Assembly: GCA_047602425.1 (NCBI GenBank)
Contig: JASGHG010000001.1
Coordinates: 832,001 to 896,000 of the forward strand
DNA from: Nibricoccus sp.
Lineage (GTDB): Bacteria > Verrucomicrobiota > Verrucomicrobiia > Opitutales > Opitutaceae
Length of the DNA: 64,000 bases
Reading direction: 5' to 3'
Made by a program: the position numbers and the translations under genes. Under the pieces are notes generated by a model. It saw only the letters and a list, made by a program, of their open reading frames with translations, had not been told where the DNA came from and did no database searches. Positions 12,745-20,986 of this stretch are shown here, piece by piece; within the stretch, counting starts at the first letter, position 1; every line of letters begins with the position of its first letter.

Positions 12745-13019
12745 GGATTTTAAAAGCGCCCCAACCTACCTCTCACTACCATCCCCGCAAGGCCGATCTG
12801 AGTCCTCGGCGGATGCGGAGCATCCGCCCCACCCTCGATCTCCACTGACGTCCTTAGCGCCTTCGCGCCTTGGCGTGAGCCCAACTCCGACTCCACGTCC
12901 ACTTCAATCCCGGCGCTGACAGCGCAGCGTCCTCCCTGCAAGTCATGCCTTCCTGGAAGGCGACCCTGCGTCGGCATCAGGGTTTGACCGGTCTGAGGGT
13001 TCCGGCACTGTGAGCGATC

Positions 13020-13544
13020 ATGCAGGCTGCCGATGCAGTGTCTCAACCGTGTGTAATTCGCCTATGCACGGCAGATGAAATCCCGGAAATATGCGCCATC
13101 GTCAATGATGCCGCCATCGCCTACAAGGGCGTGATCCCGGAGGACCGCTGGCACGAACCTTACATGCCGCTCCGCGAACTCGAAAACGAGATCGCCGCCG
13201 GCGTCCGCTTTTTTGGTTACGCCGTGAACAACAGACTCGTCGGCGTCATGGGCATTCAGGACGTAAAAGACGTCACGCTCATCCGCCACGCTTACGTCCG
13301 CACCAGCGTTCGAAACCAAGGCATAGGCGGAAAACTGCTCGCCCACCTCGTCGCCCTCACGTCGCGCCCCGTCCTGATCGGCACCTGGGCCGCCGCCACG
13401 TGGGCGGTTCGTTTCTACGAGCGCCATGGTTTCCGCGTCGTCACCGAAACCGAGAAAAACCGCCTGCTGAAAATCTACTGGACGGTCCCCGACCGCCAGA
13501 TCGCCACGTCCGTGGTGCTCGCCGACGGAAAGTGGAAAAGCTAA
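13020..13544 (+). CDS. GNAT family N-acetyltransferase
   Basis: LIRHAYVRTSVRNQGIGGKLL and AVRFYERHGF. Confidence 0.92.
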   Translation: MQAADAVSQPCVIRLCTADEIPEICAIVNDAAIAYKGVIPEDRWHEPYMPLRELENEIAAGVRFFGYAVNNRLVGVMGIQDVKDVTLIRHAYVRTSVRNQGIGGKLLAHLVALTSRPVLIGTWAAATWAVRFYERHGFRVVTETEKNRLLKIYWTVPDRQIATSVVLADGKWKS

Positions 13545-13565
13545 ACAAGGACCGACGCGGCCAGC

Positions 13566-13727
13566 CTCGATCAGACCGCCCCGCCCAGCCGCTTCGATTT
13601 CAAACTCTTGTTCTGCGAAGGAGTCTCCGCTCGCGAGTTCCAGCAAGCGATCCAAGAACAACTCGGCCTCGAACTAGTTCCCGGCCCCGCCCAACCCGTC
13701 GAAGTTTTTGTCGTCGAAAGAAAGTGA
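13566..13727 (+). pseudogene. C-terminal remnant of a TIGR03435-like protein
   Basis: Manual translation LDQTAPPSRFDFKLLFCEGVSAREFQQAIQEQLGLELVPGPAQPVEVFVVERK*, matching the QEQLGL-x-L...PVEV C-terminus. No start codon. Confidence 0.55.
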
Positions 13728-13759
13728 AGGCTCGTCCTCAGCTTGAGGACATAAACAAC

Positions 13760-13791
13760 AAAAAAGCATCTTCAGATGAAGATGCTTTTTT
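13760..13791. terminator. Bidirectional terminator
   Basis: Perfect inverted repeat aaaaaagcatcttca-ga-tgaagatgctttttt. Confidence 0.85.
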
Positions 13792-13844
13792 CCGCTTAAC
13801 CCAACGCGTCCTACCGAACGTTCTCTCTCGGATTCAGTACAAAG

Positions 13845-14615
13845 TTAGCCTATCGCACCATATTGTCGGAGAATTTTCATGTATCGCTCTAGTTTCTCCG
13901 GATCCATAGTCGAATCGAGGGCAAGAGTGACATTTATCTGAGCGCGCGGAACCGAATGCGAAGATAAAGATTCGCGATTTGATGCAGCGCCAGTGCCCTC
14001 TGCATTGCTTCCAACACCTGAACCGTCGTCAGTTCGAACTGGGGTGTCTACTGGAGTGCTATCGTCTGTTCTACCCTCCTCCACTGCTGTTGCTTCAGAC
14101 GACTTAGCCAAATTGGAAATCGCAATTCCATCTCCACTTTCAGTCGCAACGCCCGCAAAAAGGGCCGACTGAACAAATATATCGACACACTTATCGACAA
14201 CATCTGGGTGTACCTTCAATTGAAGAGCTTGTTGGCGTATTTTGGCACGAGAGACTGTATCATTTTGGAAAGTCTCGAAAATCATTTTGAACACTGGCGG
14301 TTTCAGAAGCGCAGTCCTAATCAAGGGGGCTACTTCTCCGTCTGGCGTAGAATTTATGGCCCGTGCAGCGCCCGTTGCGTCGTACGCATCCGTTTCACCT
14401 GTGAGGAGATCATATTGCTTCAATGCCGATGCCCGAATTTTTCCCTCAGAGGTAGCACTATTGAACACCCCTTTGAGGACAACTGTGTCCGGTTGCGGTC
14501 CTGTGTGTGTTTTTGCTACGAGCTTCTTAGCGTATTCAACCGCCTGCTTGAGAGGGACGTTTGGAAAGCGCGTACCGCCTTTGCGCCCACCCCTGGGTAT
14601 CTTGGTTTCAGCCAT
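13845..14615 (-). CDS. Hypothetical protein: wHTH-like N-terminal domain, low-complexity linker, short C-terminal domain (DUF5343-like layout)
   Basis: 256-aa ORF with FPNVPLKQAVEYAKKL...ASALKQYDLL...ALLKPPVF. Starts 2 bp after the TIR gene stop. Confidence 0.75.
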   Translation of the reverse strand: MAETKIPRGGRKGGTRFPNVPLKQAVEYAKKLVAKTHTGPQPDTVVLKGVFNSATSEGKIRASALKQYDLLTGETDAYDATGAARAINSTPDGEVAPLIRTALLKPPVFKMIFETFQNDTVSRAKIRQQALQLKVHPDVVDKCVDIFVQSALFAGVATESGDGIAISNLAKSSEATAVEEGRTDDSTPVDTPVRTDDGSGVGSNAEGTGAASNRESLSSHSVPRAQINVTLALDSTMDPEKLERYMKILRQYGAIG

Positions 14616-14617
14616 AT

Positions 14618-15544
14618 TTATTTGCGTTTTAAGGTTTCTACGAGTTCACGGAGGCCATCTTTATATGATTTACTGAAGTCGGCGTATTTCTTGTCCTTCA
14701 GCAGAGTCGGAATTTCACATTCACTTATCTTGAGCGGAAGCACCACGACGTTACGTCGTTCCACCTCCGAAATTAGTGCTCCACTGAGCTCTTTTTGTAC
14801 CCATGTGGATCCCACAGATGCTTCGCTCAAAGCAATAATGAAGTAGTCGCTTTGCGCGAGGCCCTGCCCGATTTTCTCCGTGATTGAATCGCCAACTAAA
14901 ATTCGCTGCTCATCGAGCCAGACCTCCACACCAACTGCTACCAGATCTGAAGCGAGTTGCCGGACAAAGGGTTTGTCTTTGGAGCTGTGCGAAAGGAAGG
15001 CTACGACTTTTTTTGCGTCCTTTTCGTGACGGGTCTCTTTTTGCTTGGCGGCAGCGTCGACCAAATCTTCGACGCCTATATGCGGATCAAGAGCCTTCAG
15101 TTCAAGAGCCCATTTTAATAGCGGTGCGATCGCATTCTCTACATAATTCTCAACGCCGATCATCGTTGCAGCTTTCCGCACCGCTATCGAATGATTGTCA
15201 CCGAGGCTTAAGAATTGCCGAGTATGAATGATTAGGGGCAATTTAAACAGCGACTCCTTAAGAACCGCCTCTTTTTGTTCACGCTCCCCTTTGTATGGGT
15301 AGGGAAGACGCAACGTGTAAGCATCGCCAATTTCTTCGATCAGCCGTAGCGTCAGGCAATTTTTGATGACTTTGCCCGCGGTTCTTGGATCGATATCGGC
15401 AAACTGCGTAATTTTTTTTAGGGACGCCTGCCCGATCCATGCAATAGCATCGAGAACAGCGAATATTGAATCAACTCCGACTGGTTCAAAACGTAAGCTA
15501 CATTCCCTCGACCCATTAGCCAGGCGTCTAATCTTAGTACTCAT
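14618..15544 (-). CDS. TIR-domain protein with an uncharacterised helical/wHTH-like N-terminal domain
   Basis: C-terminal TIR_2 motifs: AFLSHSSKDKPFVRQLASDL, VWLDEQRILVGDSI, SEASVGSTWVQKEL, YADF. Confidence 0.9.
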   Translation of the reverse strand: MSTKIRRLANGSRECSLRFEPVGVDSIFAVLDAIAWIGQASLKKITQFADIDPRTAGKVIKNCLTLRLIEEIGDAYTLRLPYPYKGEREQKEAVLKESLFKLPLIIHTRQFLSLGDNHSIAVRKAATMIGVENYVENAIAPLLKWALELKALDPHIGVEDLVDAAAKQKETRHEKDAKKVVAFLSHSSKDKPFVRQLASDLVAVGVEVWLDEQRILVGDSITEKIGQGLAQSDYFIIALSEASVGSTWVQKELSGALISEVERRNVVVLPLKISECEIPTLLKDKKYADFSKSYKDGLRELVETLKRK

Positions 15545-15682
15545 TGCTGGTGCATCTCATGAAAAGACCTAAACATTATTATGCAACTAATTTCAAATCG
15601 GCCAGATTACTACAATATATCTCGAAGCAAGCCAGCATGAGCCGAAGATCTTAAGTGTTGAGCCTTGATGCCCTGGCCCCGC

Positions 15683-15713
15683 CCAAAAAAGCCAGAGCGC
15701 ATTAGCTCCGGCT
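15683..15713 (-). terminator. Intrinsic terminator (minus strand)
   Basis: Minus strand AAGCCGGAGC-TAATGC-GCTCTGGCTTTTTT. Confidence 0.6.
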
Positions 15714-15729
15714 TGAGGTTTTTCACAAA

Positions 15730-15759
15730 CCACCGCGTTGAGGTCAACGCGGTCCACCT
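15730..15759 (-). repeat. REP element (family A)
   Basis: accgcgttga-gg-tcaacgcggt ccacct, which reads AGGTGG + palindrome on the minus strand. Confidence 0.8.
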
Positions 15760-15776
15760 CGATCAGGAATACCCGC

Positions 15777-15990
15777 TTAGCTCGTGCCGGCGGGTTGCGG
15801 AGTTTTGCCGGTGGCGGGAGTTTTGGCGGGGAGTTCGGCGACGTGGTCGATGATCACTCGCGCGCGGGTTCAGGCTTCGACCAGGCGTTTGCCGGCGATC
15901 AAACCGTCGAATTACACCACGAGGTCGTTGAGGGGAGGGACCGCGCGTTTACGACAGCGAAACAGAGGCCTTCGCCAAAGCAGATATAGG
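15777..15990 (-). pseudogene. Degraded 3' remnant of a hypothetical gene
   Basis: Minus-strand frame ...PLNDLVV*FDGLIAGKRLVEA*TRARVIIDHVAELPAKTPATGKTPQPAGTS* with in-frame stops. A homologous remnant lies at 17420-17515. Confidence 0.55.
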
Positions 15991-16137
15991 TGGCCGAGAC
16001 TGCGGCTGCTTGTCACCCGACTGAGGTTCGAACCGTGTAAAAACCCGCCCGGAGGCGTCTCGGGAGCAAAAGAGGTGGTGTGAAACCTGGAAAAATAGGT
16101 GCAATTGCAGGTCACTTGCGTGCAGAAGCGCGCCGCA

Positions 16138-16450
16138 CCGTGTAAATCGGTGGCCGCAGCGTGTCAGCTGGCCGCCGGAGCGTGTCAATCGACTGCCGGA
16201 GCGTGCGAGTGCCCTGCCGATGCGTGTAAGTCGGTCGCCGGAGCGTGCGAGCTTTCCACCGGCGCGTGTAAGTTGGGCGCCGGAGCGTGCGAGTTGTCCG
16301 CCGACGCGTGTCAATCGACCGCCGCAGCGTGTAAGTGGGTCGCCGACGCATGTTAATTGCAAAACGGTTGAAGACAGCGCGCCGCCGCAGCGTGCAAATT
16401 GGTCGCCGGCACGTGTCAGTCGCTCCCCGCAGCGTGCGAGCGGTCCGTGT
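16138..16450. repeat. Degenerate 21-bp tandem array (~15 units; heptad-peptide coding)
   Basis: GCGTG core recurs at an exact 21-nt period (16159, 16180, 16201 ... 16390, 16411, 16432). + frame reads ACQLAAG ACQSTAG...; - frame reads LTRCGGR LTRVGGQ... Confidence 0.9.
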
Positions 16451-16479
16451 TGTGGTGTAAACCTGAGAGTCCGACCGAT

Positions 16480-16667
16480 CCAACGCGTTGAGCCGTTTCG
16501 ACAGGCTCAAGGTCCCGAGTTAGTCGAGGGGGTCAATGCGTTCCATCTATCGAGCTCCAGAGTGCTCCTTCCGACACTGTCCACTTCCGAGGTAGAGCGG
16601 CTTCACCGAAGACGCTTTTCTGAGCCCATCAGCCAAACCAACGCGTTGGGGTCAACGCGTTCACCTT
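16480..16667. repeat. REP-cluster direct repeat, copy 1 (with a 39-bp insertion)
   Basis: Aligns with 17194-17342 and contains three REP palindromes. Confidence 0.9.
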
Positions 16668-16711
16668 TATGAATCCAATGATCTCTCCGACAAGCTGCGT
16701 CCTGCTTCGAG

Positions 16712-17176
16712 CTATTCGGCTTTGTTAGGGCTCCACCACCAAATCCAATCGTCCTCGGTTTGACACAAATCCTTCACGACTGGATTTCGCCGAATGTACC
16801 ACCACTTCTCATCGCCCTGTTTTTCACTGCGCAGGCGATGGTCGAAGAAATTTTCCTGCCATTTCACCTTCTGAAAGCGTGCTGTGCCGCGTTTCCAATT
16901 CCGCATCACCTGCGCCATCGGTTTGTCGGGAGCAAAGGAAAGCAGCGCATGGAGGTGATCCGGCATGAGCAAAACCAAGCTGCACCACCAGAGACCTGTA
17001 CCGTGATAACGTCGCACGGCATGCAGGAGATCCGGAGCCAAATGCGCATCGATCAGCGGCGTCGCCTGTTCCTTGGAGACTCTGATGCGTATGTGATACA
17101 AGGCGCCATCCTCGACCCAAGAAGGTACTTCATGACGCAATCTACCCGGGTATTTCGTTCGCTCCGAATCAGCCAT
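16712..17176 (-). mobile_element. REP-associated tyrosine transposase (RAYT/TnpA-REP, IS200-like Y1 HUH)
   Basis: LMPDHLHALL (HUH), WQENFFDHRLR and YIRRNPV (catalytic Tyr), flanked by REPs. Confidence 0.9.
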
Positions 17177-17193
17177 AGGCAGGCAATGGCGAA

Positions 17194-17342
17194 CCAACGC
17201 GTTGAGGTCAACGCGTTCCATCTATCGAGCTCCAAAGTGCTCCGCCAGACACTGTCCACTTCCGAGGTGGAGCGGCTTCACCTGAAGACGCTTTCCGACC
17301 CATCAGCCAAACCAACGCGTTGGAGTCAACGCGTGCCACCTT
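17194..17342. repeat. REP-cluster direct repeat, copy 2
   Basis: ccaacgcgttgaggtcaacgcgttccatctatcgagctcc...gaggtggagcggcttcacctgaagacgc...ccaacgcgttggagtcaacgcgtgccacctt. Confidence 0.9.
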
Positions 17343-17419
17343 GGTAGATCCGATGGCGCTGTTCCGATCCAAACGCGTTCAACCTTTCCGAAGGTTATTC
17401 AAGACGCGTTCCGGACCGG

Positions 17420-17515
17420 GCTTGGTTCGCTCCGGCAGGTTGCGGAGTTTTGGGTGTGGCGGGCGTTTTGGCGGGCATCTCGGCGACGCGGTCGATAACT
17501 ACGCGGGCGCGGTTG
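17420..17515 (-). pseudogene. Second copy of the 3' gene remnant
   Basis: Minus strand RVVIDRVAEMPAKTPATPKTPQPAGANQA, similar in DNA to 15777-15870. Confidence 0.55.
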
Positions 17516-17538
17516 CTGTCCGCCGAAGGGGATTTATT

Positions 17539-18120
17539 TTAACCCGATCTTTTTCGGCGGCGGACTGTTCGCGGGACTTTTTTGCGGTTCAACTTTCCAT
17601 CGCAGATGACGACCGGGTGGAGTCGTTTCATTCGATCAATAAGATAACCCGGGAAACGGGAGGCGTCATACTGGCAAAGGGCCGTGAACTGCAAATAAAA
17701 GTGCGCGTCCAATTCCTCTTCATAGCTAACCATCTGGGCGAGCGCGGAAGGCAAATCAAGCGCCCAGGAGAGTTCACCCGCTGCCCTAAAACCGTTAAAC
17801 CCCGACGCCAGTGCTCCGTCGACTGCGCTACACAAATCGACAATCATTTTAGTCGGTTCGAAAACTCCATGGCGAAGGTAAGTCTCATGTTTAGTGACGA
17901 CGCTCAGGGCTCCCCGCTTTGTTGTCCCCTCCACGTCCACGCCAAACTCCTGGAGCTTCTGACAAATTTCAGCCGGCGAGCTTGCATCGGCGATATATAG
18001 ACATTGCTCGTTCCGCTCGAGACCGATGGCAATAAATGGAATGACGGTGGCAAGCTGCTCCTCTTTCGTTTGAAAAAAGAAAGCGGCATGATCTCCGCGT
18101 TTAATTTTTTTTACCGGCAT
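17539..18120 (-). CDS. Stand-alone MEDS (DcmR-like sensory) domain protein
   Basis: GDHAAFFF...PFIAIGLERNEQCLYIAD...GFRAAGELSWAL...YEEELD...ALCQYD...LHPVVI. Confidence 0.88.
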   Translation of the reverse strand: MPVKKIKRGDHAAFFFQTKEEQLATVIPFIAIGLERNEQCLYIADASSPAEICQKLQEFGVDVEGTTKRGALSVVTKHETYLRHGVFEPTKMIVDLCSAVDGALASGFNGFRAAGELSWALDLPSALAQMVSYEEELDAHFYLQFTALCQYDASRFPGYLIDRMKRLHPVVICDGKLNRKKVPRTVRRRKRSG

Positions 18121-18257
18121 AGGTCAAAAAAAGTTTTCCTATCGGTTTCGTTGTCAGTTCCGGGCCCTTTGAATGGACCTCGATGTGAAGGCGTGAAACC
18201 AGGCTCAACCTTTGCGCTTCCTGGCAGCCTTCGTGTTCAAACCCATTTCGAGATGAA

Positions 18258-18339
18258 TTTTTTTCACGCGAAGCTCGCGAAGGATGTGAAGGATTGACGG
18301 CTGTGATCGAAAGGTAGGGCGACCCGTCCATGGGGAGCC
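18258..18339. repeat. ~80-bp direct repeat with a GTAG REP, on the left (3') side of the LRR gene
   Basis: tttcacgcgaagctcgcgaaggat...gacggctgtgatcgaaaggtagggcgacccgtcc...gagcc, matching 20380-20459. Confidence 0.8.
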
Positions 18340-18451
18340 TCGTTTGGTTCGGCGCGGCAAGCCTTTCGACGAATTCGGAGCCCCGAGCCCGGTTTGCCAA
18401 GGACGCCTCGCCCCGCCCTCGCGTCTTTGGGGTGAGATTCTCCGCGAACCC

Positions 18452-20254
18452 TCACCAATCGTGTAGATACGGCCGCTCGGCGGGGGGCTCGGGGAGTTGG
18501 TGCCAGTCTTCGAGATTCACGGGGCCGAGGAATTCGAGGACGTCAGCGGCTTCCTCCTCGTGTATCCATACGATGTCCCGGCAGAGCCAAAGTCTGAAGA
18601 TCCGGTCGTCGACAAACTCGCTGTCGTCTTCGTCTGAATCCTCGTCGTCGTCAACGGACGGGCTGGGCTCCTCCGGTTTGTCTCCTTCCTGCGGTTCGTC
18701 CCCGGTCGTCGCGGCGTCGGTGTCGATGACGAGGCCTTGTTGTTTCTGAAGGTTCAACTGGTGTTCGCGCTCCAGCATTTGCTTGCGCTCCTTGATCCGT
18801 TCCTGCGTGTCCTCCCACTCTTCGCGTTCGCGCTCGACATCAAACACGTCGTAGTCGGGTGTCTCATCCCATCTGTCTTCGTCCGGATCGCCGGCCAGTT
18901 CCACGTAGAAGACGAAGTCCCAATGGAAACGCGTGAGGCGGAGAAGCGGGTTGAGCGCGTCGACCATCTGCCGGAGGCGGAGCGTTTCGGTAGGGCGGAA
19001 AAGTTTCACCATGATCGTATGGCCCAAATCGGAGAACTGGATCCATTTCTCATCGCCAAAGGGGCTCAGTTTCTCGCGCGCGAGACGGGTGAACCATTTT
19101 CTCTCGGCGGGATCGAGCAGCGGATCGTCGCCAAAGAAGGCGGCGCGCTCCTGGGTGGGCATTTCGCGTCTGAGCGCCTTGTATTCAGGGTCGGTCGAAC
19201 GCCAGGTGATGAATCGGAACGGGCGCACGGGGCGCGGTTCGGGCGCGAAAAACTCCGACTCGTCGATAAAGCCGAGCGCGGCGTTCAACGTGGCGAGTTC
19301 GGTTTTGAGGACTTCGCAATTCGACTTCACCTCGCGCAAACTCGGGGAGTCGGAGAGCGGCGTAAGATCGAGGCCGTGTTCGCGCGTCAATTCGAGGGTG
19401 CGGAGTCGCGGCAAGCGGGCGAGCGGCGTGAGGTCGGTGAAGCGTTCACCCGTGAGCGTGAGTTCGCCCAACTGCACGAGCGAGGCGATGGGCGAAAGGT
19501 CTTCGAACGGGCCGCCGATTTTCAGTTTCTCCAACCGGGCGTAACGCTCCAAACCACGCAGGTGCGCGGTGGAATTGAGCTCCAACTCGCGCACAAGCGG
19601 CATCGCCGGGGCCTGCTCAAGCACGCGCAGGGGAATCGTCGCGCGATACCGTGAGAACACCGCGGTCTCCACGACGGGGAGTTCCGGCACTTCAGCCATT
19701 GCCAGAATATTTCCCTCGAAGGACAACTGTTTCAACCGTGGCAGTGTCGCGAGGCTCGTCAGTTCGGGCCAGGGCCATTCGAGGTTGAGAGAAAGTTTAT
19801 CCAATTGCGGATGGTTCGCCAGCGGCCCGAGGTCGGCGAGCTTCGTGTCGCGCAGTTCAAGCACGCACAACGACCGCAAGGCGTTCAGTCCTGAGAGGTC
19901 CGCCAGTTCGGAGCGAAGCTCGACCTTCGTGACATGCGGGAAAAATCGCAGCGCCGAAAGATCGCGCACCGGCCGGTCATGATACCGGTCGTTCGAGACG
20001 CCTTCGACCTGAGCCCAAACCTCGACGGTGTGCGCGAGTTTGTCGCGGTTGAGTTTCGGCCGATAGCCGGGGTTGAGCAGGCGGCGTTTGCGGTGCGTCA
20101 CCATCGCATCGTAGTCGTCGCGCGACCAAGGAGCTTTCGTAAGGCGTTTCCAAACGCTGTGCCCTTCTTCGATCAGCAGCTCGGCAAGATAGAGCTCTTC
20201 ATTGGTTCGGCGCGGGTCGATGGCCCACGTGGAAAATTCCTCGGCAAGATTCAT
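18452..20254 (-). CDS. Leucine-rich repeat protein with an acidic C-terminal region
   Basis: Repeated DLSxLxxLxxLxxLxL units (DLSALRFFPHV, DLGPLANHPQL, DLSPIASLVQL, DLTPLARLPRL). Confidence 0.85.
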   Translation of the reverse strand: MNLAEEFSTWAIDPRRTNEELYLAELLIEEGHSVWKRLTKAPWSRDDYDAMVTHRKRRLLNPGYRPKLNRDKLAHTVEVWAQVEGVSNDRYHDRPVRDLSALRFFPHVTKVELRSELADLSGLNALRSLCVLELRDTKLADLGPLANHPQLDKLSLNLEWPWPELTSLATLPRLKQLSFEGNILAMAEVPELPVVETAVFSRYRATIPLRVLEQAPAMPLVRELELNSTAHLRGLERYARLEKLKIGGPFEDLSPIASLVQLGELTLTGERFTDLTPLARLPRLRTLELTREHGLDLTPLSDSPSLREVKSNCEVLKTELATLNAALGFIDESEFFAPEPRPVRPFRFITWRSTDPEYKALRREMPTQERAAFFGDDPLLDPAERKWFTRLAREKLSPFGDEKWIQFSDLGHTIMVKLFRPTETLRLRQMVDALNPLLRLTRFHWDFVFYVELAGDPDEDRWDETPDYDVFDVEREREEWEDTQERIKERKQMLEREHQLNLQKQQGLVIDTDAATTGDEPQEGDKPEEPSPSVDDDEDSDEDDSEFVDDRIFRLWLCRDIVWIHEEEAADVLEFLGPVNLEDWHQLPEPPAERPYLHDW

Positions 20255-20379
20255 GGATGGATGTTTCGGTTGGCCCCAGTCGCCGGAAATGCCGGGGATC
20301 GGTGGTTGTGGTAAAGGGCGAAACCACGCAGGGCAAGCGCAGGGTGCAAGGGCGCAGGCGGCTTACAACCGAAACCCCC

Positions 20380-20459
20380 TTTTTTACGCGAAGTTCGCGA
20401 AGGATAAGAAATACTGACGGCCCTGATCGAATGGTGGGGCGACTTGTCCCCGTAGAGCC
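20380..20459. repeat. ~80-bp direct repeat with a GTGG REP, on the right (5') side of the LRR gene
   Basis: ttttacgcgaagttcgcgaaggat...gacggccctgatcgaatggtggggcgacttgtcc...gagcc. Confidence 0.8.
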
Positions 20460-20498
20460 GGGTTTCGTGGCGGGCCCTTTCGCGCAAAGCCGCTGGCC

Positions 20499-20903
20499 CT
20501 AGCCCTCCTTCGACCCTTCGCCATTCGCCAGTTTCTCGGCTTCGGTCGTCTCCCATTTCAGCTCGTCGACCCGAAACAAGCGCTCCCCACAACTGCAAAC
20601 GAGCTGTTTTTCGTCGTACCATATTTTTTCGCATCGGCGGCACAGCAGACCATTGATAGGTGTACGGCGACGGCGGACGCGGGGTATTCCGAAGGCCACA
20701 ATCACCAGCACGAGCGGCATGAGGAGGAGCATGAACACTAGCCTCTGAAAATCCCTGGGAGCGTACTGATGCCTGGAAAAGAAATCCACGAAAACGAACG
20801 TCCACGAAAAAACCAGCAGGACCGTCCCAAGCCATCGCCACCCTTTCTTTCGTCGGGCTTCACGAGCCGCTTCGATTTCCTCGATTTTTCTGATCTGCCA
20901 CAT
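20499..20903 (-). CDS. Hypothetical 2-TM protein with a C-terminal Cys cluster
   Basis: MWQIRKIEE..., two TM segments, CRRC...CSCG. Confidence 0.6.
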   Translation of the reverse strand: MWQIRKIEEIEAAREARRKKGWRWLGTVLLVFSWTFVFVDFFSRHQYAPRDFQRLVFMLLLMPLVLVIVAFGIPRVRRRRTPINGLLCRRCEKIWYDEKQLVCSCGERLFRVDELKWETTEAEKLANGEGSKEG

Positions 20904-20986
20904 GCTGGGCAATGGTGGTACTCGCGGCGCCGGGTAAAGCCGAGCTAAAATCCGCTCGGCTGCCTGAGCTTCGCAATTTGTTTCAG

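Noticed and set aside
13845..15544. Assignment of the TIR pair to Thoeris, CBASS or Pycsar
   Set aside because: No SIR2/Macro ThsA, nucleotide cyclase or pAgo gene is adjacent.
16138..16450. Possible mini-CRISPR or iteron array
   Set aside because: The units are contiguous degenerate 21-mers without spacers, and no rep or cas gene is nearby.
15777..17515. Diversity-generating retroelement TR/VR pair
   Set aside because: No reverse transcriptase is present in the window, and the differences between copies do not appear restricted to adenines.
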